Shown piece after piece: positions 19,980 through 30,065 of a DNA stretch of 64,000 nucleotides. The stretch is from Bacteroidales bacterium (GTDB lineage Bacteria; Bacteroidota; Bacteroidia; Bacteroidales; VadinHA17). A program made the position numbers and the translations under genes. The stretch covers positions 462 to 64,461 of the forward strand of contig JBJKPQ010000069.1 of NCBI GenBank assembly GCA_046706305.1, in the 5' to 3' direction. Each line of letters starts with the position of its first letter. The first letter of the stretch is position 1. Under the pieces are notes generated by a model. It was not told the DNA's origin, made no database searches, and saw only the letters and a program-made list of their open reading frames with translations.

Positions 19980-20681
19980 TTAAAGATTAAATATATCCTC
20001 ATCAAAAGGGGTGTCTGATACAAATCCGTTATTAACATAAATTATCCTGTCAGCAAAAGGCTTAAGCCTTAAATCGTGAGTAACAACAACAACAGATTTA
20101 CCAGAAGAAGAAAGCAGTTTCAACTCTTCCATTACTGTCTTTACACTCCTTATATCGAGTGCGGCGGTTGGTTCATCGCATAGCATTAAATCGGGGTCGG
20201 TAACAAGAGCACGGGCAATAGCCACTCTCTGCTGCTGTCCCCCGCTAAGGTTTTTTGGCAGTTCCTTCATACGTTCTTCCATACTCACTTTTCTGAGTGC
20301 CTTAAGTGCTCTCTCCCTGACCTCTTCTCTTCCAAGCCCCATGAGTACAAGAGGCTGCATGACATTTTCAAATGCAGTGAGAGGAGATATAAGGTTGAAG
20401 TTCTGGAAAACAAATCCTATGTTTCTCAGTCTTATCCCGGCAAGCTCCTTCTCACTCACGCCGTTTATAAGTTTCTCATTTATGTATACCTCGCCACCTG
20501 TTGGAAATATAACACATCCCAGCAAAGAGAGCAGAGTTGTTTTTCCGGAACCGGACGGACCAATGACAAGAGTAAGCTCATTACTTTTAAAATCGAATGA
20601 TGAAGGTTGTAATGCTTTTATTACAGTATCTCCGGTTTTATAATTCTTGCTTGCGTCTTTTATCCTTGCTACTACATCCAT
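19980..20681 (-). CDS. ABC transporter ATP-binding protein (MacB/LolD/DevA-like)
   Basis: Walker A GPSGSGKTT, Q-loop, signature LSGGQQQRVAIARAL and Walker B LMLCDEPTAALD. Confidence 0.93.
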   Translation of the reverse strand: MDVVARIKDASKNYKTGDTVIKALQPSSFDFKSNELTLVIGPSGSGKTTLLSLLGCVIFPTGGEVYINEKLINGVSEKELAGIRLRNIGFVFQNFNLISPLTAFENVMQPLVLMGLGREEVRERALKALRKVSMEERMKELPKNLSGGQQQRVAIARALVTDPDLMLCDEPTAALDIRSVKTVMEELKLLSSSGKSVVVVTHDLRLKPFADRIIYVNNGFVSDTPFDEDIFNL

Positions 20682-20916
20682 AAGCTATTAATGTTTTCGT
20701 ATCTGCTAAACAAATACAATACGAAATTGTTTAAATAAATGTGTTTTAATACGATTTTGTACTAAAATAACAATAATTCGAATATTTTTGAAACGGTATA
20801 TTAAAACACAAGAAACGACAAGAATTTGCTTTGAGTTTAATTATCAGGTGGATAATTAGAACTCTAATTAAAGAAAGATGCATGAAGGATGTTTCAAATA
20901 ATAACAAATTAATGTG

Positions 20917-21585
20917 ATGAAAAAGGAAGAAATTCTTAAGATGCTTATTGATAATCTTTTTGAATTTGACAGAAGCAGTAAAGGCACCGATGATTATTCA
21001 ATGGATGAGTTCATCGGATATCTTAATGCCCGTCATGTTTATGGTGATATTTCAATGAGAAAAATATCGGGAAAGGAGTTTGATTTCAGATCGGGGGGAT
21101 ACAGCAGTACCCTCAGCGATATTTCCGTACTTCTTGCGTTAATGTACCGTTATGCGAAAAGTTATATCAAAAAAGCTCTTAAAGAAAGTCCTTTCCGGAC
21201 AGCTGATGAATTCTCGTACCTTATTACTCTTATGACCTACAGCAGCATGACCAAAACTGAGCTCATTAACAAGCAGGTTATGGAAAAAACCTCGGGTACA
21301 GAAGTTATCAGGCGGCTTATTTCGCGTGGTTTTATAATTGAGTTTGACGACAACGGAGACAAAAGAAGCAAAAGGATTAAAATTACAGAGCAGGGGAAAA
21401 AAGCCATATTTGATATTCTGCCTGCAATGAATACTGTTTCAGGTATAATTACAGGAAACCTTACCGGTGATGAGATAAACACTCTTGCATATATCCTTAA
21501 AAAACTTGACTATTTCCATAATGACATATACACTCACAGGCAGAAAGAAACAAATGACGAGATTTACAGGGACATAAACAGGTGA
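20917..21585 (+). CDS. MarR-family winged-helix transcriptional regulator
   Basis: The central segment (FSYLITLMTYSSMTKTELINKQVMEKTSGTEVIRRLISRGFIIEFDD..DKRSKRIKITEQG) matches the MarR wHTH layout. Divergent from the ABC exporter operon. The ATG at 20917 is preferred over the GTG at 20914. Confidence 0.75.
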   Translation: MKKEEILKMLIDNLFEFDRSSKGTDDYSMDEFIGYLNARHVYGDISMRKISGKEFDFRSGGYSSTLSDISVLLALMYRYAKSYIKKALKESPFRTADEFSYLITLMTYSSMTKTELINKQVMEKTSGTEVIRRLISRGFIIEFDDNGDKRSKRIKITEQGKKAIFDILPAMNTVSGIITGNLTGDEINTLAYILKKLDYFHNDIYTHRQKETNDEIYRDINR

Positions 21586-21591
21586 AAAAGT

Positions 21592-22554
21592 TTACCCTTT
21601 TTTGTTTTGCTCAAACGGGTGGTCATTACTGAAATCGGGCCTGTAGTTCAGGTAACTATCCAGTTCCTGTGTCCATCCATTCCTGAATCCAAGCTCTTCC
21701 ATAATATCCAAAACAGATTCATATTCTGCCCTGTAAAGAGATCGTCCAAGTCCGGCATAATTTACAACATCCGGAACAGGGTGATATTGTGACATAAGTG
21801 ATATTGTTACTCCTGTTGATAATTCATCAGCAATGGTATGCAGTATCCTCTTGCTCTCATCAGCATGCCCCGGAAGGACGAGATGCCGTATAATAAGACC
21901 GTTTTCAGCGTTCCCATTTTCATCAGTTCTGAGAGATGATCCTTTCTGAAAATACATCTCCTTCAATGCCTTAATGGCAATGCCCGGATAGTCGGATGCA
22001 TCCGAATATTTAAATGCAAGTTGAGGATCAGCATATTTAAAATCGGGAAGATATACATCAATTAGTCCATCGAGGCTTTTTATGGTTTCCACTTTATCGT
22101 ATCCGTTTGTGTTATAGACAAAAACAGGATTATATCCCAGTCCTTTCAGATATTCAATAATAACTTTAACCTGTGTGACTACATGTGAAGGACTTACAAA
22201 ACCTACGGCATTTACACCCTGATCGAGTATTTCAGTTATTTGTTTTATTACCGGATGCAGGTCTTTTTCTCCTGTTGCATCCTCCGGAGACCTGCTGATC
22301 TCATGGTTCTGGCAATAAATGCATCGAAGGTTACAGCCCCGGAAAAAAATATTGCAAATCCCGTTGTTACCGCTAATAACAGGTTCTTCACCACGGTGGA
22401 TACATATGGAGGCAATATTAAATCCTGCACCGATACCACAATAGCCGGCCCCGCCACTGAACCTGTCTGCTCCGCATTCTCTTGGACAAAGGGTGCAATT
22501 TTCAAGCAGTATATGATCGCTATTACTGTATATATTATTATTCATTTCGCTCAT
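21592..22554 (-). CDS. Radical SAM protein, PflX-like (homolog of pyruvate formate-lyase activating enzymes)
   Basis: Radical SAM cluster motif CNLRCIYCQN plus an N-terminal extra Cys motif CTLCPRECGADR. Confidence 0.8.
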   Translation of the reverse strand: MSEMNNNIYSNSDHILLENCTLCPRECGADRFSGGAGYCGIGAGFNIASICIHRGEEPVISGNNGICNIFFRGCNLRCIYCQNHEISRSPEDATGEKDLHPVIKQITEILDQGVNAVGFVSPSHVVTQVKVIIEYLKGLGYNPVFVYNTNGYDKVETIKSLDGLIDVYLPDFKYADPQLAFKYSDASDYPGIAIKALKEMYFQKGSSLRTDENGNAENGLIIRHLVLPGHADESKRILHTIADELSTGVTISLMSQYHPVPDVVNYAGLGRSLYRAEYESVLDIMEELGFRNGWTQELDSYLNYRPDFSNDHPFEQNKKG

Positions 22555-22671
22555 TAAAAATCATGTAAATATGACTCATATGGAATTGCCTGCAAATATC
22601 CGAATCTTTATACAAAAAACCTCTACATCTTTGAACCACAAGCCTGAAAAAGGAATATTACATTTAATAAT

Positions 22672-22702
22672 TTTGGCTTTTAAATAATAATAATTAACTT
22701 TG
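22672..22702 (+). promoter_or_regulatory. Bacteroidota sigma-A type promoter for rimP-nusA-infB
   Basis: TTTG (22672-22675), a 19 nt spacer, then TAACTTTG (22695-22702). This matches the TTTG/TAnnTTTG consensus and lies about 70 nt upstream of the rimP ATG. Confidence 0.6.
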
Positions 22703-22730
22703 CGACAGAATTGAGGGGTGTTTGATACCT

Positions 22731-22758
22731 AGGGGACCGTAGTCCCCTATTTTATTAT
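22731..22758 (+). terminator. Terminator-like hairpin in the rimP-nusA-infB leader (candidate attenuator)
   Basis: Perfect 7-bp stem AGGGGAC/GTCCCCT with loop CGTA (22731-22748), followed by ATTTTATTAT. It lies between the predicted promoter and the rimP start codon (22772). Confidence 0.45.
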
Positions 22759-22771
22759 AGGTTTTCATATT

Positions 22772-23224
22772 ATGGCAGGGCAGAAAGAGACAGAAGAACT
22801 TGTAAAGGGGTTGACGGCAGGGACCGGCCTGTTTGTTGTATCTGTTAAAGTAAGCAGTTCCAACCGCATTACTGTTCTTGTTGACAGTAATGAAGGCATT
22901 ACAATTGAAGAGTGTGCTGGTTTGCACCGCCAGATAGAGTCCGCTCTCGATCGCGACAAGGAAGATTTTGAACTTCAGGTATCTTCTCCGGGTCTTGATT
23001 CTCCTTTTTTGGTTATTGAGCAATATTTAAAGAACGAAGGCAAAAAAGTGGAAGTTATTGACCATGAGGGTAATAAGTTCAGTGGTATTTTAAAAAATGT
23101 AACAAACGGAGGATTTGAGCTTTTAACAGAAATCAAAGCAAAAGGCAGACAGAAAGAAATAAAGGATATTTCTTTTAATTTTGAGGATGTTAAATCGACC
23201 AGGATAGTTTTAATAATTAAATAA
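22772..23224 (+). CDS. rimP: Ribosome maturation factor RimP
   Basis: About 150 aa with the typical RimP N-terminal pattern (...VLVDSNEGITIEECAGLHRQIESALD...LQVSSPGLDSPF). Conserved position upstream of nusA. Confidence 0.9.
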   Translation: MAGQKETEELVKGLTAGTGLFVVSVKVSSSNRITVLVDSNEGITIEECAGLHRQIESALDRDKEDFELQVSSPGLDSPFLVIEQYLKNEGKKVEVIDHEGNKFSGILKNVTNGGFELLTEIKAKGRQKEIKDISFNFEDVKSTRIVLIIK

Positions 23225-23243
23225 CAAAAGAGGTTTACACCAG

Positions 23244-24482
23244 ATGGAAAATGTTAATTTGATCGACACTTTTTCGGAGTTTAAAGAGCTGAAGAATATA
23301 GACAGGCCTACTATGATGAGTGTTCTGGAAGACGTATTCAGAAGCATGCTTGCAAAGAAGTACGGATCGGCTGACAATTTTGACATTATAGTCAATATTG
23401 ACAAAGGGGACTTCGAGATATGGAGAAACAGGGTTGTGGTGGATGATGCTGATTATGATGATCCTGTTATACAGATACCTCTTTCAAAAGCCAAAGAGAT
23501 TGATGAAGACTATGAAGTCGGGGAAGAAGTTTCCGATGAGGTTAAGTTCCTTGATTTCGGGAGGAGAGCAATTCTGTCGCTCAGACAGAATCTTACAGCA
23601 AGGATACTCGATCTTGAGAAGAATAATATATATATAAAATACAAGGACAGGATAGGCGAGATCGTAACAGGTGAGGTTTACCAGGTTTGGAAGAGAGAGA
23701 TTCTTGTGCTCGATGACGATGGTAATGAACTAATTTTACCAAAGGGAGAACAGATACCTTCCGATCATTTCCGCAAAGGCGATTCTGTAAGAGCTGTTGT
23801 AATCAAGGTAGAGATGCGCAACAACACACCTTTTATCATTTTAAGCCGTACATCACCTGTCTTTCTTGAAAGACTCTTCGAACTGGAAGTTCCGGAGATC
23901 TTCGACGGTCTTATAACAATAAAGAAGATTGTAAGGGTACCCGGCGAAAGAGCTAAGGTTGCTGTAGAGTCTTATGATGAAAGGATCGACCCTGTGGGAG
24001 CATGTGTAGGAATGAAAGGATCGAGGATACATGGTATTGTCAGGGAACTGAGAAACGAGAATATTGATGTTATCAATTACACATCGAACAATCAGCTGTT
24101 TATTCAGAGAGCCTTAAGTCCGGCGAAGATAACTTCCATCAAGCTCGATGATGAAGAGATGAGGGCTGAAATTTATCTTAAACCCAATGAAGTATCCCTT
24201 GCCATTGGTAAGGGGGGCCTTAACATTAAGCTGGCCAGCCAGCTTACAGGTTATGAAATTGATGTTTACAGGGAGCCGGGCGGTGAAGATGAAGAAGATG
24301 TTAACCTCGAGGAATTCGGTGACGAAATTGACGGATGGATCATTGATGAACTGAAAGCTATTGGTTGTGATACGGCCAGAAGCGTTCTTAATCTCTCCAT
24401 AAGTGATCTGGTAAAAAGAACCGATCTTGAAGAGGAAACAGTCAGAGAAGTGGTAAACATCCTCAGAGCTGAATTTGAATAG
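23244..24482 (+). CDS. nusA: Transcription termination/antitermination factor NusA
   Basis: S1 domain (GEIVTGEVYQV...), two KH domains (DPVGACVGMKGSRI, AIGKGGLNIKLASQLTG) and rimP-nusA-infB synteny. Confidence 0.95.
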   Translation: MENVNLIDTFSEFKELKNIDRPTMMSVLEDVFRSMLAKKYGSADNFDIIVNIDKGDFEIWRNRVVVDDADYDDPVIQIPLSKAKEIDEDYEVGEEVSDEVKFLDFGRRAILSLRQNLTARILDLEKNNIYIKYKDRIGEIVTGEVYQVWKREILVLDDDGNELILPKGEQIPSDHFRKGDSVRAVVIKVEMRNNTPFIILSRTSPVFLERLFELEVPEIFDGLITIKKIVRVPGERAKVAVESYDERIDPVGACVGMKGSRIHGIVRELRNENIDVINYTSNNQLFIQRALSPAKITSIKLDDEEMRAEIYLKPNEVSLAIGKGGLNIKLASQLTGYEIDVYREPGGEDEEDVNLEEFGDEIDGWIIDELKAIGCDTARSVLNLSISDLVKRTDLEEETVREVVNILRAEFE

Positions 24483-24546
24483 AACTGATGAAATAACCCA
24501 AACCCGGGACCAGGATTTAGAATTTTAATAAAGGGAAGGCATATTT

Positions 24547-27500
24547 ATGACAGAGGATATTAAGGTTACAAGATTAAGTAAAGCAGCCCGCGAGTTTAAT
24601 GTGGGAATATCCACTATTGTGGACTTTCTTCATAAGAAAGGCTTCGATCTTGATCCAAACCCAAATACCAAGCTTCCTCCTGAAGCTTACAATCTTCTTG
24701 TGAAAGAATATAGCACAGATATCAGTGTCAAAAAAGAATCTGAAAAACTTATTCTTAAGGATCTTCACAGGAAAAAGGAAACTGTTTCCATTGAAGATAT
24801 CCCGGAGAAGGATGAAGCAGAAGAGACTGAAAAGGAAGAGAATGTCCTGGTTAAAGACACTACCGGGTTTTCCAATACTGTTGATATCAAAACAGAGATA
24901 ACAAAACCCGACATCAAACTTGTTGGCAAGATCGATCTTGAGAAGACAAGGAAGAAGAGTCCGGAAAAACCTGCCCAGGTTACTGAAGAACCTGAAAAGA
25001 ATAAACCGGTTCAGCCAAAGGAAGCTGAGAAAAAAGAAGAGAAAAAACCAGTCAGTGAGAAAAAACCTGATCAGGAAGCAGTTGCAACCGAGGAAGAAAA
25101 ATCAAAGAAAGGAATAGATCTTCATATTGTCGGAAAGATTGACCTCGACTCAGTTAAAAAAGAGTCTCATCCAGTAAAAGAGAAAAAGGAAGAGCCGAAG
25201 AAAGAAAAAGCTCCGCAGGCAGAAGAAGAAAAGCCGGCTGAAAAAGAGACTCCTGTAAGCGAAAAACCTGTTGAAAGCACCAAGGAAGTCAAGCCTGCTG
25301 AAAGCGATTCGGTTAAAAAGGAAGAAGTAAAAGCAGGCACTGCAAAAGAAGCCGGAAAGGAAGAAGGCAAAAAAGATGAGCCGGAAGCTGTTTCTGTTTA
25401 TAAGACTGACTTTAAAAAACTTACCGGACCAAGGGTAGTTGGAAAGATAGATCTTCCGACCGAAGAGAAAAAGAAATCACAGTCGAATCAGCCTGTCCGG
25501 GTAAATGGTGATCAGGAATTCAAAAGGAAAAAGAAAAGGAAAAGGATTCCCAGGGAACACGATGATAATCAACAGGCTAAACAGGTACAGACGGAGAAGA
25601 AAGATAAGGCAGGGGGAAGAAAGGTTTCAAGGAAAAGACCTCTCAGAGCTGAAGTGGATGAAGAGGAAGTACAGAAGCAGATTAAAGAAACACTGGCAAG
25701 GCTTACTACAAAGGGTAAATCAAAGGGCTCAAGGTACAGAAGAGAGAAGAGGGAAGCCATCAGTCTTAAAAACCAGGAGGAAGCCGACAGGCTTGAACAG
25801 GATAAGAATATCCTCAAGGTTACCGAGTTTGTTTCTGTAAATGAACTTGCAACAATGATGAACATCCCTGTAACAGAAATAATTTCGACATGTATGAGCC
25901 TCGGCTTATTCGTGTCAATTAACCAGCGTCTTGATGCAGAAACAATGTCACTCCTGGCAGATGAATTCGGGTACAGGATGGAGTTTGTAAGTGCCGAACT
26001 GCAGGAAGCTGTAAGGGAAGAAGAAGACCTGGAGGAGGATCTCGCCCCGAGACCTCCAATCGTAACTGTAATGGGACATGTTGACCATGGCAAGACAAAA
26101 CTTCTTGATTACGTAAGAAATACTAATGTCATCGCTGGTGAAGCCGGAGGTATCACCCAGCATATTGGCGCTTATGCAGTTGTACTTCCCGACGGTCGTA
26201 AAATAACATTCCTCGACACACCAGGTCATGAAGCATTTACAGCTATGCGTGCCCGTGGAGCCCAGATAACGGATATTGCAATTATTGTCGTGGCTGCCGA
26301 TGACGGAGTAATGCCCCAGACGAGAGAGGCTATAAATCATGCTTCGGCTGCAGGTGTACCCATCATATTTGCCATTAATAAGATTGACAAACCGACTGCC
26401 AACCCCGACAAAATCAAGGAAGCTCTTGCATCCATGAATTATCTTGTTGAAGACTGGGGTGGTAAATACCAGTCACAGGAGATATCGGCAAAAACAGGCC
26501 TTAACGTGGACCTGCTTCTCGACAAGATCCTTCTCGAGGCAGAAATGCTTGAGCTGAAAGCCAATCCGGATAAACCGGCAATAGGTACTGTAATAGAATC
26601 ATCGCTCGACAAAGGAAGAGGATTCACCGCAACAGTACTGGTTAAGGCCGGAACACTTAAGGTAGGCGATATAATGCTTGCCGGAAGTTGTTATGGCCAT
26701 GTAAAAGCAATGTACAATGAAAGGGGTAACAGGGTGGATAAAACAGGTCCTGCCACACCGGCACTGATACTGGGCCTTAATGGTGCACCACAGGCTGGCG
26801 ACAAATTCAATGTGATGGAAAGTGACAGGGAAGCCAAGGACATCGCAACAAAAAGGGCACAACTGCAACGTGAACAGGGACTGCGTACCCAGAAACACAT
26901 AACTCTTGATGAGATAGGCAGAAGAATTGCAATAGGCAACTTCCAGGAACTCAATATTATAGTTAAAGGTGATGTCGACGGCTCGGTTGAAGCACTCAGC
27001 GATTCCCTGATCAAACTTTCAACACCGGAGATACAGCTTAATATAATACATAAGGCAGTGGGACAGATCTCCGAATCTGATATCCTTCTTGCTGCTGCGT
27101 CGAATGCCATAATAGTGGGATTCCAGGTAAGGCCTTCTCTTGGTGCACGCAGGCTTGCTGAAAAAGAGGAAATAGATATCAGGCTCTACTCGATCATTTA
27201 TAATGCTATAGAAGAGATAAAATCAGCCATGGAAGGAATGCTTTCTCCTGAGGTTAAAGAGGAGATAGTAGCCACTCTTGAGATTCGTGATATATTCAAG
27301 GTCACCAAAGTCGGTACTGTGGCAGGATGCTATGTAAAGGAAGGCAAGATCAACAGGAATACCAAGGTGAGAATAATCCGCGACGGTATTGTCATCTACA
27401 CGGGTGAACTGGGTTCCCTTAAGCGTTTCAAGGATGATGTCAAAGAAGTCACCTCAGGCTACGAATGCGGCCTTAACATCCACAATTTCAACGACATCAA

Positions 27501-27555
27501 AATTGGTGACGTGATTGAAGGATACCAGGAAATAGAAGTCAAGAAGACTCTTTGA
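24547..27555 (+). CDS. infB: Translation initiation factor IF-2
   Basis: K/E/P-rich N-terminal region. GTPase motifs [20 protein letters not shown] and NKID. C-terminal IF-2 domains. Confidence 0.97.
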   Translation: MTEDIKVTRLSKAAREFNVGISTIVDFLHKKGFDLDPNPNTKLPPEAYNLLVKEYSTDISVKKESEKLILKDLHRKKETVSIEDIPEKDEAEETEKEENVLVKDTTGFSNTVDIKTEITKPDIKLVGKIDLEKTRKKSPEKPAQVTEEPEKNKPVQPKEAEKKEEKKPVSEKKPDQEAVATEEEKSKKGIDLHIVGKIDLDSVKKESHPVKEKKEEPKKEKAPQAEEEKPAEKETPVSEKPVESTKEVKPAESDSVKKEEVKAGTAKEAGKEEGKKDEPEAVSVYKTDFKKLTGPRVVGKIDLPTEEKKKSQSNQPVRVNGDQEFKRKKKRKRIPREHDDNQQAKQVQTEKKDKAGGRKVSRKRPLRAEVDEEEVQKQIKETLARLTTKGKSKGSRYRREKREAISLKNQEEADRLEQDKNILKVTEFVSVNELATMMNIPVTEIISTCMSLGLFVSINQRLDAETMSLLADEFGYRMEFVSAELQEAVREEEDLEEDLAPRPPIVTVMGHVDHGKTKLLDYVRNTNVIAGEAGGITQHIGAYAVVLPDGRKITFLDTPGHEAFTAMRARGAQITDIAIIVVAADDGVMPQTREAINHASAAGVPIIFAINKIDKPTANPDKIKEALASMNYLVEDWGGKYQSQEISAKTGLNVDLLLDKILLEAEMLELKANPDKPAIGTVIESSLDKGRGFTATVLVKAGTLKVGDIMLAGSCYGHVKAMYNERGNRVDKTGPATPALILGLNGAPQAGDKFNVMESDREAKDIATKRAQLQREQGLRTQKHITLDEIGRRIAIGNFQELNIIVKGDVDGSVEALSDSLIKLSTPEIQLNIIHKAVGQISESDILLAAASNAIIVGFQVRPSLGARRLAEKEEIDIRLYSIIYNAIEEIKSAMEGMLSPEVKEEIVATLEIRDIFKVTKVGTVAGCYVKEGKINRNTKVRIIRDGIVIYTGELGSLKRFKDDVKEVTSGYECGLNIHNFNDIKIGDVIEGYQEIEVKKTL

Positions 27556-27583
27556 GATCCGATAAAAAAACAGCTGAGGACTA

Positions 27584-27958
27584 TTAAAGCAATGTCTTAT
27601 AAGAGTCGGGAGTAAGCAGCTCTTTTACTTCATCGGGATTGGATAGTTTAATTTTCACCATCCAGCCTTTGCCATAAGGGTCCTTATTAACTACATCGGG
27701 TGTATCGGCAAGTGCTGGGTTTACTTCAACTATCTCACCACTTACCGGCATAAACATATCGGAAACTGTCTTAACGGCCTCTATTGTGCCGAATACTTCT
27801 TCCTTACCGAGTGCCTCGCCCTCTGTTTCAATTTCAATAAAAACTATGTCTCCAAGTTCACCCTGGGCAAAGTCTGTAACACCTACATAGCCCATGTCGC
27901 CTTCAACGCGCAGCCATTCATGGTCTTTTGTATAAAATAAATCTGCAGGAACGTTCAT
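27584..27958 (-). CDS. gcvH: Glycine cleavage system protein H
   Basis: 124 aa. YTKDHEWL motif and lipoyl-lysine motif IEAVKTVSD. Confidence 0.95.
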   Translation of the reverse strand: MNVPADLFYTKDHEWLRVEGDMGYVGVTDFAQGELGDIVFIEIETEGEALGKEEVFGTIEAVKTVSDMFMPVSGEIVEVNPALADTPDVVNKDPYGKGWMVKIKLSNPDEVKELLTPDSYKTLL

Positions 27959-28097
27959 TCTGTAGTTGGTTTAAATGTTAATCAGTTAATATTCATTCGG
28001 TAACTAATAAGTCAAAAATAAGCCTTTTTTTGGTCTTCAATAATGATAAAAGACATAATTAATCAACAACCGGCAACGGATCATGAAGGAAGTCCTG

Positions 28098-30017
28098 TCA
28101 ATATTTACCCGTTCTTTTCAATATCGCGGCAGTATAGGGTGCCAGAGTAATACGTATTGAGTCGCCATCATTCTGTGAATAATTATTTTCTCCCGGTAAT
28201 ATTCCTGTATAAGAATAGTGACCCGGATTTTCAATGCTCATTTTTCTCTTTCCCCCGGAGCAATTAAAAAACACGATTATCTCATCATTATCATCATACC
28301 TTTTATAAGCCAGCAACATTTTCTTATCATCAGCCACAAGAAACGACAAATTTCCTCCGGACAGCACGGGATTGTCACTCCTCAGCCTGCACAATGTCCT
28401 GTAGATGTCAAGCAAGGCTGTATCTACTTTTACTTTATCAGCCGGAATTCTTGCCGACAGATCAAAATTAGTCTTTTCGTCTTCATACTTAATATCGTCC
28501 CATACTACCGGCTTACGGCAATCCGGATCATCAGCACCCCACATCCCGGCCTCCTCACCGTTCCATATCTGGGGTGCCCCGATATAGGTGAACTGGTTCA
28601 CAAGTAACAGTAACTGTTGTTTTCTTGTTATGGTATCAGGCCTGTTAATCTTGTATTGCGGGTTTTCACCCGGCTTTGCACCTACTTTATACAATGTCTT
28701 ATTGTACAGAGAAGTAGACAGCCGGGGTGAATCGTGAGTTGAAGCCACATTCATCATAGCTTCCAGGTTATCTGTATTGATATCATGGTTTATCCTGTTT
28801 ATTGCACTGACAAATTCGGTAGGTTTCAGAACCGGATCTGCCTGGGCAAATAATCCCCTGGCAATACGATACCATCTGTAATTCATTACTGCATCAAACT
28901 GGTCTCTCTGCAGGTATACTGAAGGATCCATAAGCTTATCCGGCCAGGCCAGCCACCATATCTCTCCCACCAGGTATGCCTCAGGATTTACTGATCTGAC
29001 CACCTTCCGGTATTCACGCCAGAAACCCATGGGTATCTCACCTGCCACATCAAGCCTGAATCCATCAATGCCATCAGATGGATCACCGTCACCGTCAGGA
29101 TCCAGCCATCGCTTTGTGACATCAAAAATATGTTTCTTCAATGATCCTGAGTGCAGGTTCCCTTCAAAGGGCATTACCTTGTCATCAGGGGGTATTATAT
29201 CTTTCCTGAACACAGGCATCCACGGGTTATTCCCTCCCCAGCCTTCATACTGCATCTCATCCTGTGGCGTATCAGGATCGTCGAACCTGATTATGTTATA
29301 CCAGTCAACAAATTCCGATTTCTTCCCGTTCTTACGTATATCATCAAGAGCCCAGAATACCCTTCCCGTATGGTTCCACGAGTAATCCAATATTACCTTT
29401 ATCCCTCTGCTGTGAAATTCCTTAACGAGGTTAAGAAAAAGGCTGTCGGCGGATGTCCATTTCCAGGTTGACGGATCGTTATGTACCTCCTGTTTCATTA
29501 TCAGTTCATCACCTTTGGGATCCGGTCCGAAATTTCTGTCTATATGGGTATAAGTGCGTGCATCATATTTATGCAATGACGGAGAATCGTTCAGAGGGTT
29601 GAAGTAAACAGCATTTATTCCCAGCGAGGCGATATAATCAATCTTGTCAAGCACCCCCTGGAGATCACCTCCGTAGCGTCTTGCCTGTATCCTTGAAGAA
29701 AAACCGCTGGCAGCCACATTATCGAGCCATTGCTCATGAGCATACCAGTCGTGTCCCCAGGGAGTTATTTCCCAGTCTGCAGGTAACTTTTCAGGGTATG
29801 AGCCATACATATCAGCCGGAGTCGGATCGTTATTATGATCCCCGTTTCTGAACCGCTCAACAAAAATCTGGTACCAGATTGCTTTTTTAGCCCACCCGGG
29901 CACTGAAGCAAGAGTACTGTCGACAGGCAGAGTCCCATTATGCTTCTGACCCTGTCCGTCCATGGAAGAGCCTGATAAAAACAATAACAGAAAGAAAATT
30001 ACCGGTCTGCAAAACAT
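28098..30017 (-). CDS. GH13 alpha-amylase-family glycoside hydrolase (neopullulanase/cyclomaltodextrinase-like), secreted
   Basis: Signal peptide. GH13 conserved regions DYSWNHTG, GFRLDVAGE, VGEIWW and STHDSPR. Confidence 0.88.
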   Translation of the reverse strand: MFCRPVIFFLLLFLSGSSMDGQGQKHNGTLPVDSTLASVPGWAKKAIWYQIFVERFRNGDHNNDPTPADMYGSYPEKLPADWEITPWGHDWYAHEQWLDNVAASGFSSRIQARRYGGDLQGVLDKIDYIASLGINAVYFNPLNDSPSLHKYDARTYTHIDRNFGPDPKGDELIMKQEVHNDPSTWKWTSADSLFLNLVKEFHSRGIKVILDYSWNHTGRVFWALDDIRKNGKKSEFVDWYNIIRFDDPDTPQDEMQYEGWGGNNPWMPVFRKDIIPPDDKVMPFEGNLHSGSLKKHIFDVTKRWLDPDGDGDPSDGIDGFRLDVAGEIPMGFWREYRKVVRSVNPEAYLVGEIWWLAWPDKLMDPSVYLQRDQFDAVMNYRWYRIARGLFAQADPVLKPTEFVSAINRINHDINTDNLEAMMNVASTHDSPRLSTSLYNKTLYKVGAKPGENPQYKINRPDTITRKQQLLLLVNQFTYIGAPQIWNGEEAGMWGADDPDCRKPVVWDDIKYEDEKTNFDLSARIPADKVKVDTALLDIYRTLCRLRSDNPVLSGGNLSFLVADDKKMLLAYKRYDDNDEIIVFFNCSGGKRKMSIENPGHYSYTGILPGENNYSQNDGDSIRITLAPYTAAILKRTGKY

Positions 30018-30065
30018 GTTTTTGAACCTTTTAACTTTCCCATTTTATCTTTTGTCGTTAATCTT

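Noticed and set aside
19970-20038. Longer start for the DUF2141 ORF (track start 20038)
   Set aside because: It would overlap the upstream ABC ATPase gene by 59 nt and place 23 non-signal residues before an otherwise perfect signal peptide. The ATG at 19969 is preferred.
24780-26093. Apparent repeat or low-complexity DNA and several ORFs in other frames and strands (24920..25117, 25167..25370, 25505..25840, 25569..26093). Also a thrice-repeated VGKIDL motif.
   Set aside because: All of this is explained by the Lys/Glu/Pro-rich N-terminal region of IF-2. The purine-rich codon bias opens alternative frames. The VGKIDL repeats are part of the normal IF-2 N-terminal architecture, not a separate element.
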